Positions 19,260 to 28,266 of a stretch of 57,841 nt of DNA are shown piece after piece. This DNA comes from an uncultured Muribaculum sp. (GTDB taxonomy: Bacteria; Bacteroidota; Bacteroidia; Bacteroidales; Muribaculaceae). The DNA lies in the NCBI GenBank assembly GCA_964421745.1, contig CAYQYL010000002.1, positions 1 through 57,841 on the forward strand, given 5' to 3'. The position numbers were made by a program, and so were the translations under genes. Under the pieces are notes generated by a model. It was not told the origin of the DNA. It ran no database searches and saw only the letters and a list, made by a program, of their open reading frames with translations. The number at the start of each line of letters is the position of its first letter. The first letter of the stretch is position 1.

Positions 19260-20360
19260 TCAGGCATTGTCTATTTGGGACAGTGCGAAAGCATATGCCC
19301 CTGTCGAGATAGCTTTGCTGGCACCGAGTTTCGAGATTGTGACACCGATGCGCTTCATGTCGTCATAGACCACAGACAAATCAGTTTCCGGAACAGCAAT
19401 TGTGCGCGAATTACCTTTAGCAAAAGCTGCGAATTGGGCTGCATCGTCGAGGTCGAACACCTCCATTTGCAGTCGTTTCACCTGTTCACCTCCGAGAGTC
19501 TTGAACGACGACCGTAACTCGTCAAGCAACGACGTCATAATGAACTTGCGCGCCGCTGTAATACCTCCGCCGATAACAATTATTCCGTCGACCAGCTGTG
19601 CGGCGATAGCCATTGCGTTGCCCGCAATCGTGCCGAACTCGGCAAAAGCTTTTTTAGCAGCATCAACATTGCCCGGACGCTTGCCCTCGGCAATCTCGCA
19701 AATTTCTTTGGGTTCAAACTTGTGGTCGCGATCGCCCGACGCTTCTGCATACACACGCTTGATGGCTCTGACTGCCACTCCCTCCTCGGCTATGATGCCC
19801 TCCATGGTTTTGTGGGGAAGACAGAATGTTTCAACGCAAGAGTTGTCGCCTCGATTGAGTTGTCGGTTAACAACTATTCCGACTCCGAAACCTGTACCGA
19901 AAGTATAACCAAGAAGGTTATTATAGCGTTTGTTGCTTCCGGCCTCAGCCAAACGACGGTTAATTTCGGGCAACGCCCCGCACAACGCTTCTCCGTAGGC
20001 AAACAGATCGCCATCGTTATTTATAAATACCGGAATGCCGAACTTGTGCTGCAGATAAGGCCCGAGAGCAACACCGTCGCGGAACGAAGGGAAATTTGGC
20101 AGATACCCGCCTATGATTCCATTGGCATAATCGGCCGGTCCGGGGAATGCGAAGCTGATTGCAACAGCCGGTTCCGGAAGTTTGTCTATTATTTCCTGAA
20201 AACCTTTCACTATGGTTGCCAGACATTTGTCGAGCGAATGTGCCTGCGATGGATATGAAATCGGATCGACAATATATTCGCAGCCGCGCATGGCACCGAA
20301 CACCAGATTCGTGCCCCCGGCATCGAGAGTGATAACAATACGATTATCCGAACTATACAT
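19260..20360 (-). CDS. ROK family sugar kinase (hexokinase-like)
   Basis: LDAGGT, FPGP, FINNDG, TFGTGFGVG, VIGGGI motifs; no N-terminal HTH. Confidence 0.9.
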   Translation of the reverse strand: MYSSDNRIVITLDAGGTNLVFGAMRGCEYIVDPISYPSQAHSLDKCLATIVKGFQEIIDKLPEPAVAISFAFPGPADYANGIIGGYLPNFPSFRDGVALGPYLQHKFGIPVFINNDGDLFAYGEALCGALPEINRRLAEAGSNKRYNNLLGYTFGTGFGVGIVVNRQLNRGDNSCVETFCLPHKTMEGIIAEEGVAVRAIKRVYAEASGDRDHKFEPKEICEIAEGKRPGNVDAAKKAFAEFGTIAGNAMAIAAQLVDGIIVIGGGITAARKFIMTSLLDELRSSFKTLGGEQVKRLQMEVFDLDDAAQFAAFAKGNSRTIAVPETDLSVVYDDMKRIGVTISKLGASKAISTGAYAFALSQIDNA

Positions 20361-20379
20361 TTTATATATCTGATTTTGG

Positions 20380-23300
20380 TTATTTTTCTGATAGTGAATT
20401 GTCTATTTTCCGGTTCTGGGCACGATAGTCGCCGGGGGTCATTCCATAGCGACGCCCGAACTCCTTATAGAAATGCGAACGGTTGGTGAATCCGGTGCGA
20501 TACATGATTTCCTGAACGGTGTCCGACGTTGTCAGAAGCAGTTTTGCCGCTACAGCCATGCGCTGGTTCTTGATGAAGTCGTTCGGAGCCGGTAAATCGA
20601 GTTCCTTGAACTTGCGGTAGAGGTTGCGCAGGCTGATCTGCAGATAGTCGGCCAACGATTCGGGCGATAGTTTACCGTCGTCGAGATGAGAATCGACATA
20701 GGCTACTGCCTTTTCCATAATATCGCGCGACTGGCGGTCAAGCAGGCGTCCGTCGCTATATTCGTAGGCGCTGGCCGACGAATTGTAATATTCGCGCAGT
20801 CGTGTGCGCTCCTCAAGCAACCGCTTTATTACAGCCAAAAGATAGCTCAGGCTGAATGGCTTGCCGATATACACATCGGCACCCGATTCAATTCCGTCGA
20901 CACGCTCCTTGGTGCTGTTTTTGGCAGAAAGAATAATGAGAGGGATATAGCGCGTGTGTATATTACTCTTAATCTGTCGAGTAAGTTCAAAACCATCGGC
21001 GCCGGGCATCATTACGTCAGTGATGATAAGATCCGGCTGGCGCTGGGTCACCAGTGCCAGCCCTTCGTCGGCCGACGAAGCCGTGATAACGTTGTAATCA
21101 TTTAGACTATCGGACAACAGTGCCAGAATTTCCTGATTATCATCAATTACGAGAACGGTTTGTTTTCCTCGCTCAGGCTCAGACGATGATTCAGCAACGG
21201 GCATTGACACAGACTTTTCAACAGTAACAACCGGAGTAGTTTCCTTAGGCTGTTCGGCAACGGGCTCGGCCGCCTCCGTATTCTTTTCCATAGGCGGTAA
21301 AGTCACAATGAATTTTGCATATTCGCCTACTACACTTTCGATTGTGATTGTTCCCTTGAGCATCTCAACTATACTATGGCAAATTGCCAACCCAAGGCCA
21401 TTACGGTTTGAAAGTCCCTTGACGGCATTTTCTTCGACATTGTCGAGCACAGCGTAGCGGTTGAAAATATGGTCTTTGTCCTCCTCGCGGATACCTTTAC
21501 CCGTGTTGTAGACACTGATAGTGAGCTGTTCGGCATCGGCCCTGACATCCATTTCGATTGTTCCTCCTACAGGAGTATACTTAAACGCATTCGAAATCAA
21601 GTTGTTGAGCACCTTGCGGAGCGAACCGAAGTCGGAGTTCCACACAATGTCGTCGGCAATATTGCAGCGTAGGTCGATGTGATTTGTTTCAGCCAGTTCG
21701 GCGTACGCTCCTATTGTGTCCTTGCACAGGCCGGAAATATCTATTGAATGAATTTTAAGCTTCTTATGTCCGGTTTCGATGCGTCGGAAATCGATCAGTT
21801 CCTGAATGAGGTTATTCAGACGCTCGGCATTCGTGCGTATCAGGCCGACATAACGACGGATATAGTCGTCGGCACCGGCATAGGTCAATATTCGTTCGCA
21901 GGGACCGTATATAAGAGTCAACGGCGTTGAAAACTCGTGGGTGATGTTTGTGAAGAAACGCAGTTTTTCCTCGTAAACCTGTTCACGGTGGGTGTACTCC
22001 ATGAGTTTCAGTTCATCTTTCTGACGGCTTTTCTGGCGGCGCATCAGATAGTACATGAACAGGATAACGGCGGCTATAATCAGCAAGAAATAGAACAGAA
22101 GCGCAAGTGTCGACAGATACCACGGCGCGTTGATTTTTATTCGCAGCACATATGGACGGCTTTCAACACCGGTCATACGGTTGGCATATTTAACATAAAG
22201 CCTATATGTGCCGTAGCCAAGTTCGTTGAAGGTGATTGTGCGGTTGCTGCCGTTGTTGATCCAGTCTTTTTCGTTGTCGATGCTATAATAATATGTGTAG
22301 TTAGCCGCATCGATAAAGTCAGGTGCACAGAATGTGACAGAAAACTGATTCTGCTTTGCCGACAGGGTTAGGCGTGGTTCGCCGCCTTCAATCTTCAGAT
22401 AGTCGGACACATTGGCATTTTCGCCAAGAATATTTAGTCGCTGAAGCTGAATATCGGGCATATATGCTGTTGAATCGGAAAGTGCGTTTTGGCCGCCTTC
22501 CACCACAACAAAACCGTCGACACCTCCGAAAATCAGAGATTCGTCGGTAGCGAACGCAGCCCCATCGCTGAACTCCGAAACCCCAAGCCCCGAATCGCGT
22601 GTGTAGGCAAGCGTTTCCTCGGTCGCCGGATTGAATTTAACCAACCCTTTATTGGTTGAGATCCACAGATCGCCGTTGCGGTCTTTTAGGATATCGTGGA
22701 TTGTGTTGTTGAGAAAACCGTTGTTTACTCCTGAAAAAAGTTTTTCATTGTCGGCACCCATTCGCACAAGTCCGTGTCCGGAGCCAAGCCAGAGTGTGGT
22801 CGAATCGCCTACGGCCGTAAAAATGTCATATGTCGATTCCGTGTCGTAGGTGTTTTTGAATGGGATAGGCACAAGCGAATCATTCTCCAGACGGAATGCA
22901 CCTTGTCCGCGGTTACTTACAATTATGCCCTGACCCGGAACATCTGTGATGGAGAAAAAATAGTTTAAAGCCCGTTCGCCGTTGCCTATCACATATCTGC
23001 GCCGGTTGCCGATAACCGGAGCATCAGTTGTGCCTTCAATGTTCACCCTTATTATTCCATTGCCGAGGGTTGCGAGAAGCAACGTCGTGTCATTCACTTC
23101 ATATATGTCGTAAACGGTGTTGACATAGCCTCGCTCAGGCACACGCTTGAGTTGTTTTGTTTTGAAATCATAAAAATTCAGACCATTGTCTGTTGCAATC
23201 CACAGTCTGTCGCCTGCCCCTTTTACGAAGGCAAACACTGAATTTGAATGCAGTACACTGTTGCCTGTGGTGTACGGCGTCATTTTCCCGAACCCTTTGC

Positions 23301-24420
23301 CAATTTCTTTTTCGTTGAAGTTGTCGATCCGCAAAATTCCGCTCCCCTTTGTTCCGAGCCAAAGTGTGCTGTCACGGTCGAGATAGATCGACCTAATAGG
23401 GTGCGATATCATTTTGTCGAGGTCCGAGAAATTGACTGTGCGTATCGTACGGCCGGTATTGCTCAATGTGTAAACGCCCTGACAGTCCGATCCGATCCAG
23501 ACAACATCCTGCACGTCGGAACGCTGGAGTGAGAAAACTCCAACCTTCAGTTCCAAGTCGTTTACGTCATATTGTCCGGCACCAACGTTATTAAGGCAGA
23601 CAACACCGTTTGTGCTGAACGAAATATATATGTTCCCGTTCCGGTCTGAAATGATATCGGAAACTGCGCCATGGCGACCAACAGGCTCCGACACATCGAG
23701 CACAGCCTCAAACTCGCCTTGTGGAGAGATTCGGCCGAGCACATTGTTGCGGTCGATTGCCCAGATGTCGTCACCTTTGACGGCTGCGAAATTCAACGGT
23801 TTTGATAGCAATCGGTTGTAGCCCGATGCCGAATAAGTGCCCGATTCCTTATCGAAATCAATGCGACAAGCCGTTACACCTTCGCGGTCGACAATCATCA
23901 GAGTGTCGCCCTGAACTGTCATGGCCAACACCTGATTGAATTTCACCGGTGGCATCACGAGCTTGCGCAATTCGCTCCCTTCGCCGTGAACATAGGTGTA
24001 CATATGGCCTTGATTGGACAACAGAAATAGGTCGCCATTATCGCGCACACTGATAAATTCACCCCCCTTATATCCGGGGAAAGAAATCAGTGTGCCGTCT
24101 TCGTGGTTAAAACGGTCGAGGCCATGGTTGGTCAAGATCCAGGTTACACCGTCGGGTGCATAGAGAATTCTCTCAATCAGATTACCCGACAGGTTCAGGC
24201 CGGGGTACATTTCCGAGAAAGGCACAATCTCAAGACCATCGGCTATGCTGACACCGTCGCATGTACCTATCCACAACAACCCGTCGCCGTCGACGCTCAT
24301 CGACAGTATCGCACTGTTCGGCAGTCCTTCAACATTGTAGGACTGACGTAGATTGTAGGCATTTGCTGTCAACCCTGCCAACACTGCCGCTATGAAAAAT
24401 ATGAATACTTTACGTTTCAC
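20380..24420 (-). CDS. Hybrid two-component system (HTCS) regulator
   Basis: Beta-propeller sensor and Y_Y_Y domain, TM, FFTNITHEF histidine kinase, NAFKYT, GLGL, receiver DVMMP, AraC HTH (GFTNRSHFYKEF). Confidence 0.95.
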   Translation of the reverse strand: MKRKVFIFFIAAVLAGLTANAYNLRQSYNVEGLPNSAILSMSVDGDGLLWIGTCDGVSIADGLEIVPFSEMYPGLNLSGNLIERILYAPDGVTWILTNHGLDRFNHEDGTLISFPGYKGGEFISVRDNGDLFLLSNQGHMYTYVHGEGSELRKLVMPPVKFNQVLAMTVQGDTLMIVDREGVTACRIDFDKESGTYSASGYNRLLSKPLNFAAVKGDDIWAIDRNNVLGRISPQGEFEAVLDVSEPVGRHGAVSDIISDRNGNIYISFSTNGVVCLNNVGAGQYDVNDLELKVGVFSLQRSDVQDVVWIGSDCQGVYTLSNTGRTIRTVNFSDLDKMISHPIRSIYLDRDSTLWLGTKGSGILRIDNFNEKEIGKGFGKMTPYTTGNSVLHSNSVFAFVKGAGDRLWIATDNGLNFYDFKTKQLKRVPERGYVNTVYDIYEVNDTTLLLATLGNGIIRVNIEGTTDAPVIGNRRRYVIGNGERALNYFFSITDVPGQGIIVSNRGQGAFRLENDSLVPIPFKNTYDTESTYDIFTAVGDSTTLWLGSGHGLVRMGADNEKLFSGVNNGFLNNTIHDILKDRNGDLWISTNKGLVKFNPATEETLAYTRDSGLGVSEFSDGAAFATDESLIFGGVDGFVVVEGGQNALSDSTAYMPDIQLQRLNILGENANVSDYLKIEGGEPRLTLSAKQNQFSVTFCAPDFIDAANYTYYYSIDNEKDWINNGSNRTITFNELGYGTYRLYVKYANRMTGVESRPYVLRIKINAPWYLSTLALLFYFLLIIAAVILFMYYLMRRQKSRQKDELKLMEYTHREQVYEEKLRFFTNITHEFSTPLTLIYGPCERILTYAGADDYIRRYVGLIRTNAERLNNLIQELIDFRRIETGHKKLKIHSIDISGLCKDTIGAYAELAETNHIDLRCNIADDIVWNSDFGSLRKVLNNLISNAFKYTPVGGTIEMDVRADAEQLTISVYNTGKGIREEDKDHIFNRYAVLDNVEENAVKGLSNRNGLGLAICHSIVEMLKGTITIESVVGEYAKFIVTLPPMEKNTEAAEPVAEQPKETTPVVTVEKSVSMPVAESSSEPERGKQTVLVIDDNQEILALLSDSLNDYNVITASSADEGLALVTQRQPDLIITDVMMPGADGFELTRQIKSNIHTRYIPLIILSAKNSTKERVDGIESGADVYIGKPFSLSYLLAVIKRLLEERTRLREYYNSSASAYEYSDGRLLDRQSRDIMEKAVAYVDSHLDDGKLSPESLADYLQISLRNLYRKFKELDLPAPNDFIKNQRMAVAAKLLLTTSDTVQEIMYRTGFTNRSHFYKEFGRRYGMTPGDYRAQNRKIDNSLSEK

Positions 24421-24511
24421 AATCCAGATTTAAGGGAAACACAATCAAATTTAAGTTCTGCAACAAATTTAATTATTTTCCCCCTGTTTTACAATATTAT
24501 TAATTACTGTA

Positions 24512-24566
24512 CAAAAATAAAAAATCACAATTTCACACCATGTGTTGTATCGTGCCAAATCTGTCC
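24512..24566 (-). promoter_or_regulatory. HTCS promoter with candidate autoregulatory box
   Basis: TATTTTTG -7 (24512-19) and tgtgttgtatcgtgccaaatctgt (24541-64), 41-bp offset. Confidence 0.6.
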
Positions 24567-24579
24567 ATAGTGCGTGATT

Positions 24580-24634
24580 ATACGTTTTTGGCATTTAGGG
24601 GTTACAGTAAAGTGCAGATTTTGTGCGTACTTTG
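24580..24634 (+). promoter_or_regulatory. manA promoter with candidate HTCS box
   Basis: atacgtttttggca (24580-93, reverse complement TGCCAAAAACGTAT) lies 41 bp before the G of gtactttg (24634). Confidence 0.55.
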
Positions 24635-24747
24635 CAGTGCGTAGAAAAAAGAAACGATACATGCTGGTATCTAAGATTGTTTTTTAGGAGAATTTGTAAA
24701 AAAGTTTGTTTTAGGTTTTACATCATTTATTTTTCGAACAAAGCATT

Positions 24748-25719
24748 ATGAATAGTCCGATAAAATTTCTTCCTTATTTTAAAAGCACAATCTGGGGAGG
24801 CGATGAAATTTCGCGCTTCAAGCAGATGACTTCCAACTGTCCGAATATCGGTGAGAGCTGGGAGCTGTCGGCTGTGCCCGGATGCGAAAGCATTGTTGCT
24901 GAGGGAGAGGACTCCGGCATGACTCTTGCAGATCTTGCCGCTAAATACGGGGAACAGCTTCTGGGCGAAAACGTTGTGCGCAAATACGGCAACACTTTTC
25001 CGCTCCTCATCAAATTTATAGATGCTAACCAGGATCTGTCGATTCAGGTTCATCCCGACGACGAACTTGCACGCCGTCGCCACAATTCGCTTGGAAAAAC
25101 CGAGATGTGGTACATTTTGAAAACCAAGCCTGGAGCAAAAATACTCACCGGCCTGACACGCGAAATCACACCTTCGGAGTTTAGCCGACGGGTTGCACGC
25201 GGCACACTGACCGAGGTTGTCGGCAGCTATCGTTCGCAACCGGGCGATGTGTTCTATCTCCCTGCCGGACGCATCCATGCAATAGGTGCCGGCAATTTCC
25301 TGATCGAGATTCAAGAGTCGAGCGACATCACCTATCGTGTCGACGACTACGGACGTGTCGATGCCAACGGCAAGCCCCGCGAGCTCCACACAGAGCTTGC
25401 TAAAGACGCTATCGACTACCGCTTCTACGACGATTGCAAATCACGCCCTGAACCCCTCGACTCCTCCACAAGCGAACTGGTGAAATGCGCCTACTTCGAC
25501 GTGAAACTCGTAAATGCTGCCGGAACGATGGAAATTATCAACTCCGACGACTCATTCATGGCTGTTTCCTGTCTGTCGGGCAAATGCGAGATTGCTGTTG
25601 GAAAAAATTCAGTCGACGTCAAACAAGGCGAAACGATACTGATCCCGGCCGCAGCACGTCAATTCACAACAACAGGCACAGCTACACTGCTGACTGTCAC
25701 AGTACCGAAATCAGAGTAA
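24748..25719 (+). CDS. manA: Mannose-6-phosphate isomerase, class I
   Basis: IWGG, GESWELS, FPLLIKFID, LSIQVHP, GKTEMWY, EIQESSDITYR. Confidence 0.95.
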   Translation: MNSPIKFLPYFKSTIWGGDEISRFKQMTSNCPNIGESWELSAVPGCESIVAEGEDSGMTLADLAAKYGEQLLGENVVRKYGNTFPLLIKFIDANQDLSIQVHPDDELARRRHNSLGKTEMWYILKTKPGAKILTGLTREITPSEFSRRVARGTLTEVVGSYRSQPGDVFYLPAGRIHAIGAGNFLIEIQESSDITYRVDDYGRVDANGKPRELHTELAKDAIDYRFYDDCKSRPEPLDSSTSELVKCAYFDVKLVNAAGTMEIINSDDSFMAVSCLSGKCEIAVGKNSVDVKQGETILIPAAARQFTTTGTATLLTVTVPKSE

Positions 25720-25760
25720 TACATATATAATCATTAAGAGTAATACATATATAATCATTA
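25713..25760. repeat. Perfect 24-bp tandem duplication spanning the manA stop codon
   Basis: agagtaatacatatataatcatta x2. Confidence 0.9.
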
Positions 25761-25868
25761 ACAGAGTATTTTTAATAATAATGTCTCATATGTCACATAA
25801 TAATTGACATATCTCATGCAGAGATTGTCTGATGCGATGAAGCATCGGATAGTTTAAGTTGGTTAACA

Positions 25869-25907
25869 AATTCCCCGGCCCACTCGCGACGAGCAGGCCG
25901 GGGAATT
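25869..25907 (+). terminator. Hairpin terminator after manA
   Basis: aattccccggcc/ggccggggaatt 12-bp stem. Confidence 0.7.
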
Positions 25908-26142
25908 GATTTATCACAACACCTACGAGCGCGCATTAAAAGAAGCACCACATCAATTATCACCCTCGCTATAAACCGTTCAAACCGCCTTGCCAGCGCA
26001 TGACTTCCCTACGGGGGGAGCATATTAGAATTTTCATTCACTTGCATCACGGTTTGAGCCACAATCGGGAAAAACATTCATTACGACACACGCTTCTGCA
26101 TTCCTGTCAAACCTGAAACACCGCACTCATACAACTGTACAT

Positions 26143-26195
26143 AAAAAATCCGGAGGACTCGATTCACTGTCTAAAGTAAATCGGTGTCCTCCGGA
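26143..26195 (-). terminator. Terminator after susD
   Basis: tccggaggac...gtcctccgga stem with 6 T on the minus strand. Confidence 0.75.
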
Positions 26196-26220
26196 AAGAC
26201 TCTATTTAGGTACGAAGAGC

Positions 26221-28245
26221 TTACTTGAGTTCGTCGGCAACAGCGTCGTGCCAGTCGGTGTAGACTTTGATGTTGGGATTGTAGCCTGTGTAACCGTAGT
26301 TCTGCGCAAGGGTTCCGTTGGAGTTATCCTGGATTGCCCATTCCGGAATCGGCCAGAAGATGTTGTGTTTGCCCATGATGAATGTCGGGTGAGCATTCGA
26401 AGCAGTGATGCTGTAGACCACGCCGTTGTTGTAGCCGATATGGAGTTGGTCGGGGCATGTGCCGATTGTACGCTGATACCAGAAGCTACCACCGTTTTTG
26501 TCGGTGTCGTCGCCCGAAGGATGTTTAACTTCTTCGAGTGTGTAAACGATTCCACGACGGTCGGCGATGCCGGTGTTGGCAAGGCAGTAAGATGCGCGGA
26601 CAAGCTCGTCGTGACGCCACTCTTCGTTGTAAAGTTCGCGTGCACGTTCGTCGAAGATATCGTCGATTGTAATCGATTTGTAGAGCTGATCACATTGTGC
26701 GCGTCTACGGATTTCGTTCACGTCGTCGGTTCCGTCAAGACCCATGTAGAGCTTAGCTTCGGCACGAAGCAGGTAAGCTTCAGCAAGACGATACATATAG
26801 AGGTGGCCAACTGCTTCTTCGCCTTGAGCACCGCGCCATTCGCCGGTGTTCTTGTTCTTGTAGTTGTCGTCGTCGTACATGTAAAGCTTGTAGAGAGGAT
26901 AGTCATACCAGCGGCGGATTGTGTCTGAGCAGAGCAGTTTGCCATCGTCGGAGTAGAGCTGGAGGTGTTTGCCATACCATTCCGAACCCTTGGTGTTGTA
27001 GGTCATGTCTTCCATGCGTAGCCAGTTACCCATTTTGTGGCTGTGGCGGAGGTCGCCCTCTTCAGGCAGGTTGCCGTCGATTGTCCACAAGTCGTGCTGG
27101 AACCAGGTTGTCGGACGGTAGGAAGCCACACCACGACCCATAACGCGTACCCAGTCATTTTCGGGGTCGCAGTTGCTAAGGTTGTAGTTTGTCAGAGCCT
27201 GTTTACCAGAGGGGTCGGTTGTAGCATTGTTGAAGATGAATGGAGCAAGACCGCGCAGCCAACAAATCTTCAGGATTTTTGTACCGGCGTTTGGAAGACC
27301 GAGAATAGTTTCCTTGTTGGCGGGGTCGAACACATTTTCAGCACGGTTAAGGTCCCAGATAACGTTGCGGGTCACTTTCCATGTGTTCAGACCGGGGAAT
27401 TTCTGCTCGTTAAGGATGTTTGTACCGAATGTGGTCTTCATCAGCGAGTAACCGCTCTGGTCGATGAGGATGTCGAGCTGTTCTTTAGCTTTAGCGTACT
27501 CGTAGTTTGCAAGATAGATCTTGGCCAGAAGCATACGGCAAGCGCCCTTGTTCACGAATCCGCCGGGGTAAGCTTCTGAGTAAGAACCCGGAGTCTGGTC
27601 GGGAACCCACTCAACGGCTTTTTCCATATCTTCCTGAAGCATCTGCAGAATGGCTTCGCGCGATGTAGAGGTGTAGTCCAATTTCGGACCTTTAGGCATC
27701 TGGGAAACCAGAGGAATATCGCCGAAAGAGTTAACGAGCGAATAGTAGCGCCATGCACGGTGGAAATAAGCACGGCCGATATAGGCATTCAGAGTTGCTT
27801 GATCCAGACCCTGAACTTTGGGAGCGAACTCGATGATTGTGTTGGCATACTTCACACCATTGTAGAGCTCACGGAAAAGGAAACCGATACTGTGACCGTA
27901 GTCGAGCTGTGTTCCACTGCTCAGCGTAGACCGGCTTGGAGTAAGATCCGTACTGAAATTCTTGATTGTTCGGGTTTTATCGGTTGCCGAATTAAGCAGA
28001 ATATCAGAGAAAATGTATTGGGTGTGGATAGGGTGGAACATGTCGTTACCGCCATCGGTGTAGATCACCTTGAACTGACGGTCGCACTGACCAAGAGCAG
28101 CCGCCAGACCTGATGCGGTTGTGAAGGTTGCGGTCGGCTCGAAGAACGACAGAGGATCCGGGTCAACGAAGCTGTCAGAACAGCTGCTGAGAACCACTGC
28201 CGCGCTGAGCAGCGATAATCCTGCGTATTTATATAGAGATTTCAT
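26221..28245 (-). CDS. susD: RagB/SusD-family glycan-binding lipoprotein
   Basis: Lipobox LSSC, AYFHRAWRY...FGDIP, YRLAEAYLLRAEA, DERARELY, PIP...QNYGY; adjacent to SusC. Confidence 0.95.
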   Translation of the reverse strand: MKSLYKYAGLSLLSAAVVLSSCSDSFVDPDPLSFFEPTATFTTASGLAAALGQCDRQFKVIYTDGGNDMFHPIHTQYIFSDILLNSATDKTRTIKNFSTDLTPSRSTLSSGTQLDYGHSIGFLFRELYNGVKYANTIIEFAPKVQGLDQATLNAYIGRAYFHRAWRYYSLVNSFGDIPLVSQMPKGPKLDYTSTSREAILQMLQEDMEKAVEWVPDQTPGSYSEAYPGGFVNKGACRMLLAKIYLANYEYAKAKEQLDILIDQSGYSLMKTTFGTNILNEQKFPGLNTWKVTRNVIWDLNRAENVFDPANKETILGLPNAGTKILKICWLRGLAPFIFNNATTDPSGKQALTNYNLSNCDPENDWVRVMGRGVASYRPTTWFQHDLWTIDGNLPEEGDLRHSHKMGNWLRMEDMTYNTKGSEWYGKHLQLYSDDGKLLCSDTIRRWYDYPLYKLYMYDDDNYKNKNTGEWRGAQGEEAVGHLYMYRLAEAYLLRAEAKLYMGLDGTDDVNEIRRRAQCDQLYKSITIDDIFDERARELYNEEWRHDELVRASYCLANTGIADRRGIVYTLEEVKHPSGDDTDKNGGSFWYQRTIGTCPDQLHIGYNNGVVYSITASNAHPTFIMGKHNIFWPIPEWAIQDNSNGTLAQNYGYTGYNPNIKVYTDWHDAVADELK

Positions 28246-28266
28246 TGTTGTTTCGTTTTGTATGGA

